Assembly (NCBI GenBank): GCA_963668025.2
Contig: CAXXTH010000024.1
Coordinates: forward strand, 1 to 41,585
Reading direction: 5' to 3'
Length of the DNA: 41,585 nt
Origin: Candidatus Hydrogenedentota bacterium
GTDB taxonomy: Bacteria; Hydrogenedentota; Hydrogenedentia; Hydrogenedentales; SLHB01
A model generated the notes under the pieces. The model was not told the DNA's origin and ran no database searches. It was given only the letters and a program-made list of their open reading frames with translations. Below are positions 1 through 8,776 of the stretch, piece after piece (the first letter of the stretch is position 1; each line of letters starts with the position of its first letter). Made by a program: the position numbers and the translations under genes.

Positions 1-551
1 AGCACGGGGAGCTTCCACACGGAGGCGAGATTAAGCCCTTCGTGGAACGAGCCGGTATTCGATGCGCCGTCGCCGAAGAAGCACACGGCGACTTGGCCGG
101 TCTTCTGCATTTGCTGGGCGAGCGCCGCCCCGGCGGCCACGGTGACGCCGCTGCCCACAATCGAGCCGCAGTAGAAGTTATTATCTTTATCCACCCATTG
201 CATGGGGCCGCCCAAGCCTTCGCTCACGCCGCAGACGCGGCCCAGCATCTCGCCGAAGATGCCTTTGTTCGAGCTGCCTTTTGCGAGGGAATGGCCCTGC
301 GGGCGGTGAGTGGAGATCGCCACATCATCATGGCCCAAGACCGAACAAACACCCACGGCTACGGCTTCTTCGCCCGAGTACGGGTGGAAGCCGTCCATGA
401 TAAGGTCTTTCAACTTGAGGGGCAGGCATCGCTCGTCAAAATAGCGCAAGCGCACCATTTCACGATAGAAGGCCAGGGCCTCGTCTTTGGTGAACGCCTT
501 TGCCACCGAGGCGACGCGGTGTTCTGGAACTTGGTACGTCCGCATTTCCAT
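1..551 (-). CDS. TPP-dependent dehydrogenase E1 component alpha subunit (PdhA/AcoA-like), runs off the left edge
   Basis: Not in the ORF track. Hand translation from ATG at 551: MEMRTYQVPEHRV...FHPYSGEEAVAVG...STHRPQGH...CFFGDGASNTGSFHEGLNLASVWKLPV, which contains the GDG...N TPP-binding motif. The start overlaps the upstream stop (TAATG). Confidence 0.9.
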   Translation of the reverse strand, partial: MEMRTYQVPEHRVASVAKAFTKDEALAFYREMVRLRYFDERCLPLKLKDLIMDGFHPYSGEEAVAVGVCSVLGHDDVAISTHRPQGHSLAKGSSNKGIFGEMLGRVCGVSEGLGGPMQWVDKDNNFYCGSIVGSGVTVAAGAALAQQMQKTGQVAVCFFGDGASNTGSFHEGLNLASVWKLPV

Positions 552-1243
552 TAGAGCATTTCTCCTAATTCTTGCAGCGCCGCTTTCTTAATGGCCACCA
601 CGCGCACAGGCGAGGCATCGAGCCCCTCGATGGGCAGCGGTAGGATGAGGATCAGATGGCGCTCCTCGCCCAGCCGCTCGAGGCCCTTGAGGGATTCAAT
701 CATGGGAATGCCCGCTTTGCACACCGCCACGTGGTTGGGCTGGTGGTCCGTGCCCGGTATTTCGAGGCCTGCCGCATCCGTGCCTAGGCAGGCGATTTTC
801 TTGTCCACCAGCCATTGATTGGCTTCGATGGACAGATGGAACTGATCGTTCCATTGATCGGACCAGTATTTCTTGTCCGCGCCTTGGCGGATGAAGACGA
901 TGTCGCCTTCGCGGATACGCCCTTCATACTGCTTCAGTTCATCCAGGGTGACGGTGTCGCCCGGTTTTTTATAGGAGAAATCGAGGCACACGCCAGGAGC
1001 GATGATCTGATGGATCGGGAAATCCGCCGTGTCTTTGCCGTCTTTCCAATGATGGAACGGCACTTCGATGTGGGTGCCCACGTGGGTACACATGGTAACC
1101 TCGCCCAGGATGTACCAAATGTCCGGGCGATGGATCACATCCGGCAGGATCTTCGTTACGTCATCGACCCGGGTCTGAAACATAAAGTGTTCCTTGCCCG
1201 GCACGATGCGGTTGCTGAGGTCAATCAGATGTTCGGCTTTCAT
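551..1243 (-). CDS. Cyclase-family (kynurenine formamidase-like) metal-dependent hydrolase
   Basis: HVGTHIEVPFH matches the HxGTHxDxPxH motif with D->E; LGTD and C-terminal LPLPIEGLDASPVRVVA; AGGAG RBS. Confidence 0.88.
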   Translation of the reverse strand: MKAEHLIDLSNRIVPGKEHFMFQTRVDDVTKILPDVIHRPDIWYILGEVTMCTHVGTHIEVPFHHWKDGKDTADFPIHQIIAPGVCLDFSYKKPGDTVTLDELKQYEGRIREGDIVFIRQGADKKYWSDQWNDQFHLSIEANQWLVDKKIACLGTDAAGLEIPGTDHQPNHVAVCKAGIPMIESLKGLERLGEERHLILILPLPIEGLDASPVRVVAIKKAALQELGEML

Positions 1244-1291
1244 GGTTGTCTCCTGTTGTGCGCCTATTTATTGCGCCTATTTATATGGTAA

Positions 1292-3109
1292 TCAGCCTTC
1301 GCCATCGAAGACTTCTTCCTTAACGGGATCATTGCCCACTTGGCCAATGATGCCGTCTTCATTCATGCTTTGGGCACGCCGCACGGCCAAGACGATTCCC
1401 AGTATGCCAATGGCCAGCGCGCAAGCGCCTAGGATCGGTTCGCCAAAGAAGAGCTTGATCAGCCCAATCAACGGCCCAAATATGGCCATTAGCATCAGGA
1501 ACCAGCCGTACAGAATGCCACCCAATCCAATCGGCGACTGCATACCTACGCGGCGGCGCACCGGGCCCCAGAATCCAGGAGGATTCACGCGCTTGACGAA
1601 GGCGTCGAGCTTCTCTTTATCCACAGCGGGTGTGAGAAACATGACGATCAACCATACTATCAACGAACCGACGATGATGGTGATGAAGGTTTTGCCCATG
1701 CAGGCTTCCACGTTTTCAGGAAGCAGCCACTCCTTGCGGAATAAGTAGATAAGCACGACGAAAAACACGCCGGAAAGGAGCGCAGCGATTTCCGCCCATG
1801 CATTCACGCGCCACCAGAGCCACCGCACGAGGAAAACGGTATAAATGGCCGAAGGCACCATGAAGAGATACGTGAGCAGGTTGAAAATGGATTCCGCCTT
1901 GTATGCGATGTAAGCGGAGATGATGGCCATGGGAAGCATATAGAGCTGGCCCACCCGCACATAGTGTTTGGGGCCTTTGTTCTTAACCAAGAAGCGGCGA
2001 TAGAAATCATTGATGGCGTAAGACGAGCCCCAGCTCAGCAAGGCGGCATAGGTGGACATGAACGCCGCAAGCAAGGACGCCACCAGCACGCCTTTAAGTC
2101 CGACAGGCAGCACGGCCATGGCCATGCGCGGATACGCCTCTTTGCCTACTTCCATGTCGGGCATGTACATACGCGCGGCGAGAATAGTGATAATCCACGG
2201 GAATGGCACTATAGACCAATAGAGCAGTGAATGGAGCATAGCCGCATATGTCGCTTGCTTCGTTGAGCGGGCCGCGAATAGTTTTTGGGACACATAAGCC
2301 CCGATGCTGGCGTTATCGAACCAGCGCATAAAAAAGATGTAGAAAACGGTGAGCAACGGCAAGCCGCCAGCGGCTCCGAAACCTGGCATAATATTGAGCT
2401 GGCGTCCCGGCCAGGCGGTGTCGTTATGCAGGAACTCCACCAGTTTCTCCGGGCCGCCTACGGCAAACAATGAGAATCCCGCCAAGATAGCAGAACCAAT
2501 GAACGCGACAAAGAATTGCATGAAATCCGCCGAGGCAATGCCCCACAAGCCAGATATAGAACAGTAGATGAGTGCGCCAAACATCACGATCACCACGCAG
2601 ATCTCCTTGGGAAGTCCCGTGGTCGCCTGCATGATGGTGGTGATGGACAAGGTGCTTACGCCCATCATGACAACACTGAAGAACAAGGAAAAGTATACGC
2701 TGTTGAATGCCCGGAGCCATTTCGCGGCGTTGCCGGAATAGCGCAACTCAAGGAATTCAAGGTCGGTGATAATATGGCTGCGCCGCCATAATGGCGCAAT
2801 GACAAATACGTAAAAGGAAAATCCAATAGCCGTACACCAGAAATTCCATGTGCCCTCGAGGCCGCGCTTATAAACAATTTCACCAATCCAGAGGGGCGTA
2901 TCCGCGGCGAAACACGCCGCGCATATACTAATGCCTATTAGCCACCAGGGCATTCCCCGGCCGCCCACATAGTAGGCCTCCGTATCCTTTTGCCCGCGCT
3001 TGGCGAACATGACGCCAAGCCCGATGGATAGGAGGATATATGCGGCAATCACCAATCCATCCAACAATTCGAGCTTGCCATATACTTCGACTTGTGCTGC
3101 CTCTTCCAT
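1292..3109 (-). CDS. Sodium:solute symporter (SSS) family transporter
   Basis: Many TM helices; YYVGGRGMPWW, EFLELRY, SGLWG..ADFMQ, LLAAFMST motifs. Confidence 0.92.
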   Translation of the reverse strand: MEEAAQVEVYGKLELLDGLVIAAYILLSIGLGVMFAKRGQKDTEAYYVGGRGMPWWLIGISICAACFAADTPLWIGEIVYKRGLEGTWNFWCTAIGFSFYVFVIAPLWRRSHIITDLEFLELRYSGNAAKWLRAFNSVYFSLFFSVVMMGVSTLSITTIMQATTGLPKEICVVIVMFGALIYCSISGLWGIASADFMQFFVAFIGSAILAGFSLFAVGGPEKLVEFLHNDTAWPGRQLNIMPGFGAAGGLPLLTVFYIFFMRWFDNASIGAYVSQKLFAARSTKQATYAAMLHSLLYWSIVPFPWIITILAARMYMPDMEVGKEAYPRMAMAVLPVGLKGVLVASLLAAFMSTYAALLSWGSSYAINDFYRRFLVKNKGPKHYVRVGQLYMLPMAIISAYIAYKAESIFNLLTYLFMVPSAIYTVFLVRWLWWRVNAWAEIAALLSGVFFVVLIYLFRKEWLLPENVEACMGKTFITIIVGSLIVWLIVMFLTPAVDKEKLDAFVKRVNPPGFWGPVRRRVGMQSPIGLGGILYGWFLMLMAIFGPLIGLIKLFFGEPILGACALAIGILGIVLAVRRAQSMNEDGIIGQVGNDPVKEEVFDGEG

Positions 3110-3240
3110 TGCTTGTCTTTCTCCTCATGCCTGATCTAGCCAACAAACGTTCACATGCGGCAGAAGCGCTGGTTCTGCCCTCAACCATCTGACGCGAAAC
3201 ACGCCACCTCGGCAAGCCGGCTAGCGCCACCCTAGACCCC

Positions 3241-3269
3241 ATTATAATGTAAACGTTTACTATCCGCAA
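3241..3269 (-). promoter_or_regulatory. Sigma70 promoter of the SSS operon with a LacI-type operator in the spacer
   Basis: Minus strand TTGCGG-N17-TATAAT; palindrome GTAAACGTTTAC at 3249-3260. Confidence 0.75.
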
Positions 3270-3382
3270 GGCTTTCTTTTCAGGCCCTCCGACCGTACAC
3301 GCCGCTCATTTCCTGTGTTTGCCGCCATTCGCTGTATCCTATTTTCGCTTACTTCACATTATTCCAAGTGTTAATGAGCACA

Positions 3383-5644
3383 TTATAAACGGGTTTTCCA
3401 TCTCAGGATAACGGTTTCCCCATTCTTAAAATCGCGTGTGTAGGCGTTGCTGTTCACCGAAACGGGCTCGCCCGTCATCATATCCGTGACATCGCACGCC
3501 CACGGGAATTGAATGGTTCGAGAGCCCGCGCCATTGGCGTGCAGGCAGACAAAAGTCTTGTTCGCATAAAACGTGTCGTCCCGATCATTGTAAATATGGA
3601 CGCCTGCTTCGCGGGCGATGGCGCGGTAGACCGCCGCAGACATGTCCGCCGCCACGGCGTAAAGCGACTTCCAGGTTCCCATGTCCTTGAAGGCCATCGT
3701 GGCGCGCTCCGTCCCGGGGGCCACGGCAAGCGTTTCGGCGCTGGCATCCTCCACATAGAAAAGCTGGCCGATGGGATTCGCCGGGCCGATGACGGTTCCC
3801 TTCGCGGCATACCGGTCCGAGGCAAGGGTCATTTGCAGCACGGAGGGCGCGGGATCGCTCGCGGGCAATATGCGCATGCCCGCTATATCCGACATGCCTT
3901 CGGGGGATTGTTCCGCGCCGCTGAAATAACCTGGCGCATAGCACCAGAGAAGGGTTTTCCCATCGCGCATGCATTTCTCCCGGATCTGGGCGCGCGCGGC
4001 ATCGTTCATGTTGTAGCAGTTCAAGAAGAGGATGAGCTTGTATTGCCGCGTGTCCAGGAGCGCCAGGTCGTTCAAGAGCACATGATCCACGGGCGCGCCG
4101 ATTTTGATGAGTTTATGCTGGGTATGCAGCAGATTGGATTCGAGCATCGAGCTGCGGAAAGTGGCGTATGCGCACGAGTTTTCATCGGCTACGACGAGGA
4201 TCTCACTGTTCGAGCCCCGGGGATAACGCTTGGCCACGTTGACCATTTTGTTGAGGCGGGATACTTCATCTAAGAGTTCCGGATTGTCGTAATAGCCGCC
4301 ATGGAGGTCGAAATAGCTCTCGTAGGCCCCGCTGCATAACGAGAAGCCCATCGAGCGCCGGTACATCCAGCGCGATTCTTCGGGCGTGGCCGTATACCCC
4401 AGCACCTGCAAATGATGCAGCAGGCTCTTGCTCCAATCACCGCCTTCATTAAGCCCAGCGCGCTGCATCACCTCTGGGGCCAGGAACGAGACGACGTCGT
4501 TGTCGTGATACCAGAGCTTGTGATGCAAGCGGACGGAATGGGCCGGTGAACGGGAGTAATCACCGCCCGTGGCGAAGACGCGGTCTTCATAACTGGCAGT
4601 GACGAACATGAAGTCTAGGTTATCACTGGCGACATATTTACCCAGCGCATTATGGCCATACTCGGGGTCGCCCCGGAATTCATACATATACCCGTAAAAC
4701 GCGCCAATCACCTTCTTGCCTTCGGTCTTCTGGCGCACGATCGAGGCGAAGTAATCAATGGTCTCGGGCACGATTTCATTGTAGAACACATAGAAATCAA
4801 TGACATTCATTTTCTTGGCCGGGTCGCGGAAGGCGCCCGACTGCGTATCGTAGCGTTCTTCAAATGACGGGACCACCGCCGTATCCAATGTGATATCCGT
4901 GCGATGCCAGGCGGCCTGCAAGGCCTCGTTCGTCTTATATTTCGCTTTTAGCCATGCCTGGAAGGCGCGCTGCATATGGGGGCTGTATCCCGCGAGTTCA
5001 TCCGAACCGCTGCTCCAGTGATACCATTCCTCCGTATCGAGCCCCGACAGGATGTAGCCGAAAATGTGCTCTCCATACTTTGAATTCTGGACATGATCGA
5101 GGAAGCGACCAAGGGCCATGCCGATGTCTTCGCGCCATTTTGGGGAGGCAAGACTCGGGAATGGGCGGTTTTTCGGAACGGTCGGATTGCGGTTGGGGTC
5201 CGTATAGAGCGGCGAACCGGTATGCAGGATCTCCATTTCCTCGGGATGCTGTTCGAGCCACCAAGCGGGCGTGCCGATAAACACCCGGGGGATCACCATG
5301 GCGTCCGGCTTGGCCTTGAGCACACGCTCGAAACGTTCATCAAAATCCGAGTAATCCCAGGTGTTGATATCGACCCAAACCGGCTTCGAGTGTCCGTAAT
5401 CGCATGCCGCCACGTTCGTGTTGAAACTGAACAACTCGACGCCCGCGCCCGCGAATTGGTCGAAGTATTTCTGTTCCGGCACATAGGTCTCGAAACAGGG
5501 TGTCACAAAGGGCTGTTCGCCCACGGTGAACGTCGGAACGCTCAACACCGGGCGCACATCCACGACGGGCCCCGGGACGCCTTCCGCCGATGCGGACACG
5601 GACACGCATAGAATGGCAAATAGGAAGACTGCTGGGCGCGTCAT
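3383..5644 (-). CDS. Secreted GH42-like glycoside hydrolase, paralog 1
   Basis: Signal peptide (..SVSASA-E); TEEWYHW, AFQAWLKAKY..L..AW, WYHDND, YFDLHGGYYD; trimerisation-like C-terminal domain. Confidence 0.75.
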   Translation of the reverse strand: MTRPAVFLFAILCVSVSASAEGVPGPVVDVRPVLSVPTFTVGEQPFVTPCFETYVPEQKYFDQFAGAGVELFSFNTNVAACDYGHSKPVWVDINTWDYSDFDERFERVLKAKPDAMVIPRVFIGTPAWWLEQHPEEMEILHTGSPLYTDPNRNPTVPKNRPFPSLASPKWREDIGMALGRFLDHVQNSKYGEHIFGYILSGLDTEEWYHWSSGSDELAGYSPHMQRAFQAWLKAKYKTNEALQAAWHRTDITLDTAVVPSFEERYDTQSGAFRDPAKKMNVIDFYVFYNEIVPETIDYFASIVRQKTEGKKVIGAFYGYMYEFRGDPEYGHNALGKYVASDNLDFMFVTASYEDRVFATGGDYSRSPAHSVRLHHKLWYHDNDVVSFLAPEVMQRAGLNEGGDWSKSLLHHLQVLGYTATPEESRWMYRRSMGFSLCSGAYESYFDLHGGYYDNPELLDEVSRLNKMVNVAKRYPRGSNSEILVVADENSCAYATFRSSMLESNLLHTQHKLIKIGAPVDHVLLNDLALLDTRQYKLILFLNCYNMNDAARAQIREKCMRDGKTLLWCYAPGYFSGAEQSPEGMSDIAGMRILPASDPAPSVLQMTLASDRYAAKGTVIGPANPIGQLFYVEDASAETLAVAPGTERATMAFKDMGTWKSLYAVAADMSAAVYRAIAREAGVHIYNDRDDTFYANKTFVCLHANGAGSRTIQFPWACDVTDMMTGEPVSVNSNAYTRDFKNGETVILRWKTRL

Positions 5645-7926
5645 TGGTGTTCCTCCTCTGGGATAACAGCGGATGGGGATGCGCTGGGATTGCGCTCAAT
5701 CCGGAAGATGCGTGTCTCCAGATCACGAAACGCGATGGGGTGCGCCGTGGTTTGAGACGCCAGTTTTTCGTTGGATACGGCGTCGTATAAGTCTACCGGC
5801 ATGGGGAAACGCAAGATGCGTTCGCCCGCGCCGTCCGCATTCAAGGTTAAGTAGCTTTGCGACACATACAGGGTATCGTTCTGCTCGTTGTACAGATGAA
5901 CCCCGGCGTCGCGGGCCAATTCCCGATAGAAGGCGACTGGCGCGGAGGCGGTGATGGAGTAGATTGAAGTGGCTCCATTCACATCTTTTTTCACCAGCAC
6001 GGGTTTCTTCGATGCCGCATGCCGCGCCAACACTACGGCATCCGGGTCATCGGCATACACCAATGGCCCGCCGGGCGCTTCTGGCCCCACGGATGTGACC
6101 CCCGCCTGGACAAGGCGTCCCGCGAATCCCGGCGCGGCTGCGTCCAACTCCATGATTCCCGGAACAATCGCATCCAGTTCAGGCGCGGACAGGCGTATCC
6201 CAGTCACGGCGGACATGCCCTCCGGGATGCGCTTGCCTTCCGTGAACAAGCCAGACGCGCCCGCCCAAAACACCGTCTTGCCTGGCTGCATCACCTTTTC
6301 CTGCAACAACGCGCGCTGCGCATCATCCAGGCAGTAGGCGTTCAACACGATGAATAGCTTATAGGGGCTTGTGTCCAGCAACGCGAGATCATTCACATAT
6401 ACGGAGTCATAAGGCGCGCCGCACTTGATCAAGCGGTATGGAGGATCATACAAGCTCTGTGCCAATAGCGGGCTGTCTTCCGTGCTGTAAAAGATAGAGC
6501 GCTCATCCGCGACCACCAAAATCTCGCTGCATGACGTGCGCTCGTATTGGGCGCTCTCGCTGAACACGCGATAAATGCCTTTGACCGCTTGGAGCAGCTC
6601 GGGATCATCAAAATAGCCGCCGTGTAGATCAAACAACGCTTGATAGACGCCATTGCCCAGTACGAATCCCGCGCCACGCTCGTAGATCCATTGGGACTGT
6701 TCCGCCGTATCGGTCGCCGCCAGCACTTCCTTGCTCCGCTCCCACTCGGCGTCGCCGATGCGCTGGGACACTTGCGGGAACAAATAGGAGACGGTGTCGT
6801 TGTCTTCGTACCACAGCTTGTTATGCAGCCGGAGCGAGGTGTGCGGCGAGCGCAGAATGCTTCCCCCACTCCCCAATTGCCGCTGCCCGTAGCTGGCCGT
6901 CACCACGATGAAATCGCAGTTCGAGGATTGAAGCAATTGCTGTACGGCCATGTGGCCCGATTCGCCCCGCCCGCAAAACTCATACATATAGGCGTAAAAC
7001 GCGCCCACGGCTTTCGTGCGCCCGCAGGCGTCTTTGGCTACGCTGCAAAAGAAATCGATGGCTTCGGGAATTACGGCATTGTAGAAATCATAAAAATCAA
7101 TCACATCCATTTCCGTGGCGGGATCCCGGAACGCCCGCTCGGAATAGCCCGCCCAGCGGCGCTCCTTCGAGGGAATTTGAACGTCCTCGAATGCCACCGG
7201 CCTCCCCCATGCGGCTTGCAACGCGTCATCCGCGCCGTATTTTTTCCGCAGCCAATCCTGGAAGGCGCGTTGCATATGGACGCTGTAGTCACTGGTCTGT
7301 TCGTGCCCAAGCGTATAGTGATACCACTCTTCCGTGGCCTGGCTGAATATCTGGTAGGCAAATACACGGTCCGCATAGGGCGCTTGCTGGATGTGCTCGA
7401 TCAGACGGCGCAGCGACATGGCCATGTCATCCCGCCATTTCTGGGAGCAAATCGAGGCGATGGTGCGGCTTTTGCACGCGGGCCACAGCCGGTACGGCTC
7501 CCGATAATCCACCGTGCCATCATCGAAAACCATTAGCTCATTCGGATTGGCGTCGCGCCACCATTCCGGCTCGCTTACATTGATGCGCGGCATGATATAC
7601 GCCTGCGGATCCGCCTCCAGGATCTTGCCCACGCTTTCGTCCAACTCGGAAAAATCCCATACTTCAGGCCCCACCCACACCGGAGTCGAATGCCAATACG
7701 GCTCTTCGCCGCAATTGGTGGGAAAACCAAAGACCGTGGCCCCAGCTTCCGCCATCTGCTTGAAATGGCGCACGTTAGGCACATAGGTCTCGAATGACGT
7801 GGACATATGCGGCTCGCCATTGATCGTGAACGCCGGCAAGCCTCTCCATGTCTCGACGGCCGTTACGGGGCCAGGTATATCTGCTCCCGCCGCCATGCTG
7901 ATGATTGCCGCTATCGTGAAGAGCAT
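5641..7926 (-). CDS. Secreted GH42-like glycoside hydrolase, paralog 2
   Basis: Short signal peptide; TEEWYHY, AFQDWLRKKY, WYEDND, LFDLHGGYFD; 4-bp ATGA overlap with paralog 1. Confidence 0.75.
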   Translation of the reverse strand: MLFTIAAIISMAAGADIPGPVTAVETWRGLPAFTINGEPHMSTSFETYVPNVRHFKQMAEAGATVFGFPTNCGEEPYWHSTPVWVGPEVWDFSELDESVGKILEADPQAYIMPRINVSEPEWWRDANPNELMVFDDGTVDYREPYRLWPACKSRTIASICSQKWRDDMAMSLRRLIEHIQQAPYADRVFAYQIFSQATEEWYHYTLGHEQTSDYSVHMQRAFQDWLRKKYGADDALQAAWGRPVAFEDVQIPSKERRWAGYSERAFRDPATEMDVIDFYDFYNAVIPEAIDFFCSVAKDACGRTKAVGAFYAYMYEFCGRGESGHMAVQQLLQSSNCDFIVVTASYGQRQLGSGGSILRSPHTSLRLHNKLWYEDNDTVSYLFPQVSQRIGDAEWERSKEVLAATDTAEQSQWIYERGAGFVLGNGVYQALFDLHGGYFDDPELLQAVKGIYRVFSESAQYERTSCSEILVVADERSIFYSTEDSPLLAQSLYDPPYRLIKCGAPYDSVYVNDLALLDTSPYKLFIVLNAYCLDDAQRALLQEKVMQPGKTVFWAGASGLFTEGKRIPEGMSAVTGIRLSAPELDAIVPGIMELDAAAPGFAGRLVQAGVTSVGPEAPGGPLVYADDPDAVVLARHAASKKPVLVKKDVNGATSIYSITASAPVAFYRELARDAGVHLYNEQNDTLYVSQSYLTLNADGAGERILRFPMPVDLYDAVSNEKLASQTTAHPIAFRDLETRIFRIERNPSASPSAVIPEEEHQ

Positions 7927-8026
7927 GGTTCTGTTTTCCTCGCCTTTTTAACTGGCCGGACAGGCCATTCCCACCGCCGCCGCTCCGAAAGCCCAGAATT
8001 GCCGCTTACCCATGCGTGATAGAGGC

Positions 8027-8056
8027 ATTATAAAGTAACCGCTTACCTTTTCTCAA
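8027..8056 (-). promoter_or_regulatory. Sigma70 promoter of the GH42-like pair with a LacI-type operator in the spacer
   Basis: Minus strand TTGAGA-N18-TATAAT; spacer contains GGTAAGCGGTTACT (8034-8047); a related site GGGTAAGCGGCAATTC lies at 7996-8011. Confidence 0.7.
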
Positions 8057-8225
8057 GCATTATTTTCCGGCCAGGATTCCCGCACCCAGCCCTGATGTAG
8101 CTTCGCGTATTTAGTGTTTTTTACAGCCAATACCCTCAATGAATCAGCAAAATAGATGCGTTTGCGTGTTTTAGGTTGCGCTTACTATTCATCATGAATA
8201 TAGGAAAGCAATCCAGGGAAATTGC

Positions 8226-8641
8226 CAGGGTAATCGCATTTAAACAACCCCGAATTGGCCTCAAGAGGCACAAAAGACGCAAGAACCATTCATTTTTGTG
8301 TCTTTTGCGCCTTTTGTGTCTCATTCTCTGGAAATGTGGGGAGTGGCGTTTCAGATATAAACATACAGCAGCATAGCCGCAACCAAAGATCCGGATTTTT
8401 CACCACGAAGAAACGAAGAACACGAAGATTTTCCACAGATGGCGCAGATGACACAGATAAAAAATCCAGAATTGATATTGTTTTACTTCGTGTTCTTCGT
8501 GGTGGAAATCTGGTCTATAACAAGTTGATGTATATTGAGTTACACAGAAAACCCATGCAAGGAAACAAGATTTCGACAAATAGTAGTATAAATACTCTAA
8601 TGAAAGGGAAAAACACAGCTTTTTCAATGCGATTACCTCTG
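8226..8641. mobile_element. Non-autonomous ISAs1-derived MITE (416 bp)
   Basis: Ends CAGGGTAATCGCATTTAA / TTCAATGCGATTACCTCTG resemble the ISAs1 TIR at 16200 (CAGGGCTTACGCATCTAA). Flanks AGGGAAATTGC (8215-8225) and ATGGAAATAGC (8642-8652) match 9/11, like a decayed TSD. Confidence 0.65.
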
Positions 8642-8654
8642 ATGGAAATAGCCC

Positions 8655-8683
8655 TTGACATAAGTAAGCGCTTTCCGTATCCT
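8655..8683 (+). promoter_or_regulatory. Sigma70 promoter of the GH151-like operon with a LacI-type operator in the spacer
   Basis: TTGACA-N17-TATCCT; AGTAAGCGCTTTCC at 8663-8676. Confidence 0.7.
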
Positions 8684-8776
8684 ATCTTTAGGGTTTTGGT
8701 GCAGTCTTTCGCGGCGTTTCTAACTATAGTATGACTGACCGCGCATGCACCTCGAACAGAAAGGAAAACACTCACC

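Noticed and set aside
42-554. 170-aa + strand ORF
   Set aside because: Antisense shadow of the E1-alpha gene on the minus strand.
1259-1284. 13-bp tandem duplication TGCGCCTATTTAT x2
   Set aside because: Real, but most simply replication slippage in a short spacer; no functional evidence.
8136-8734. ORFs across the 8.1-8.7 kb intergenic region
   Set aside because: They are translations of periodic repeats inside the MITE, with no RBS or protein-like motifs.
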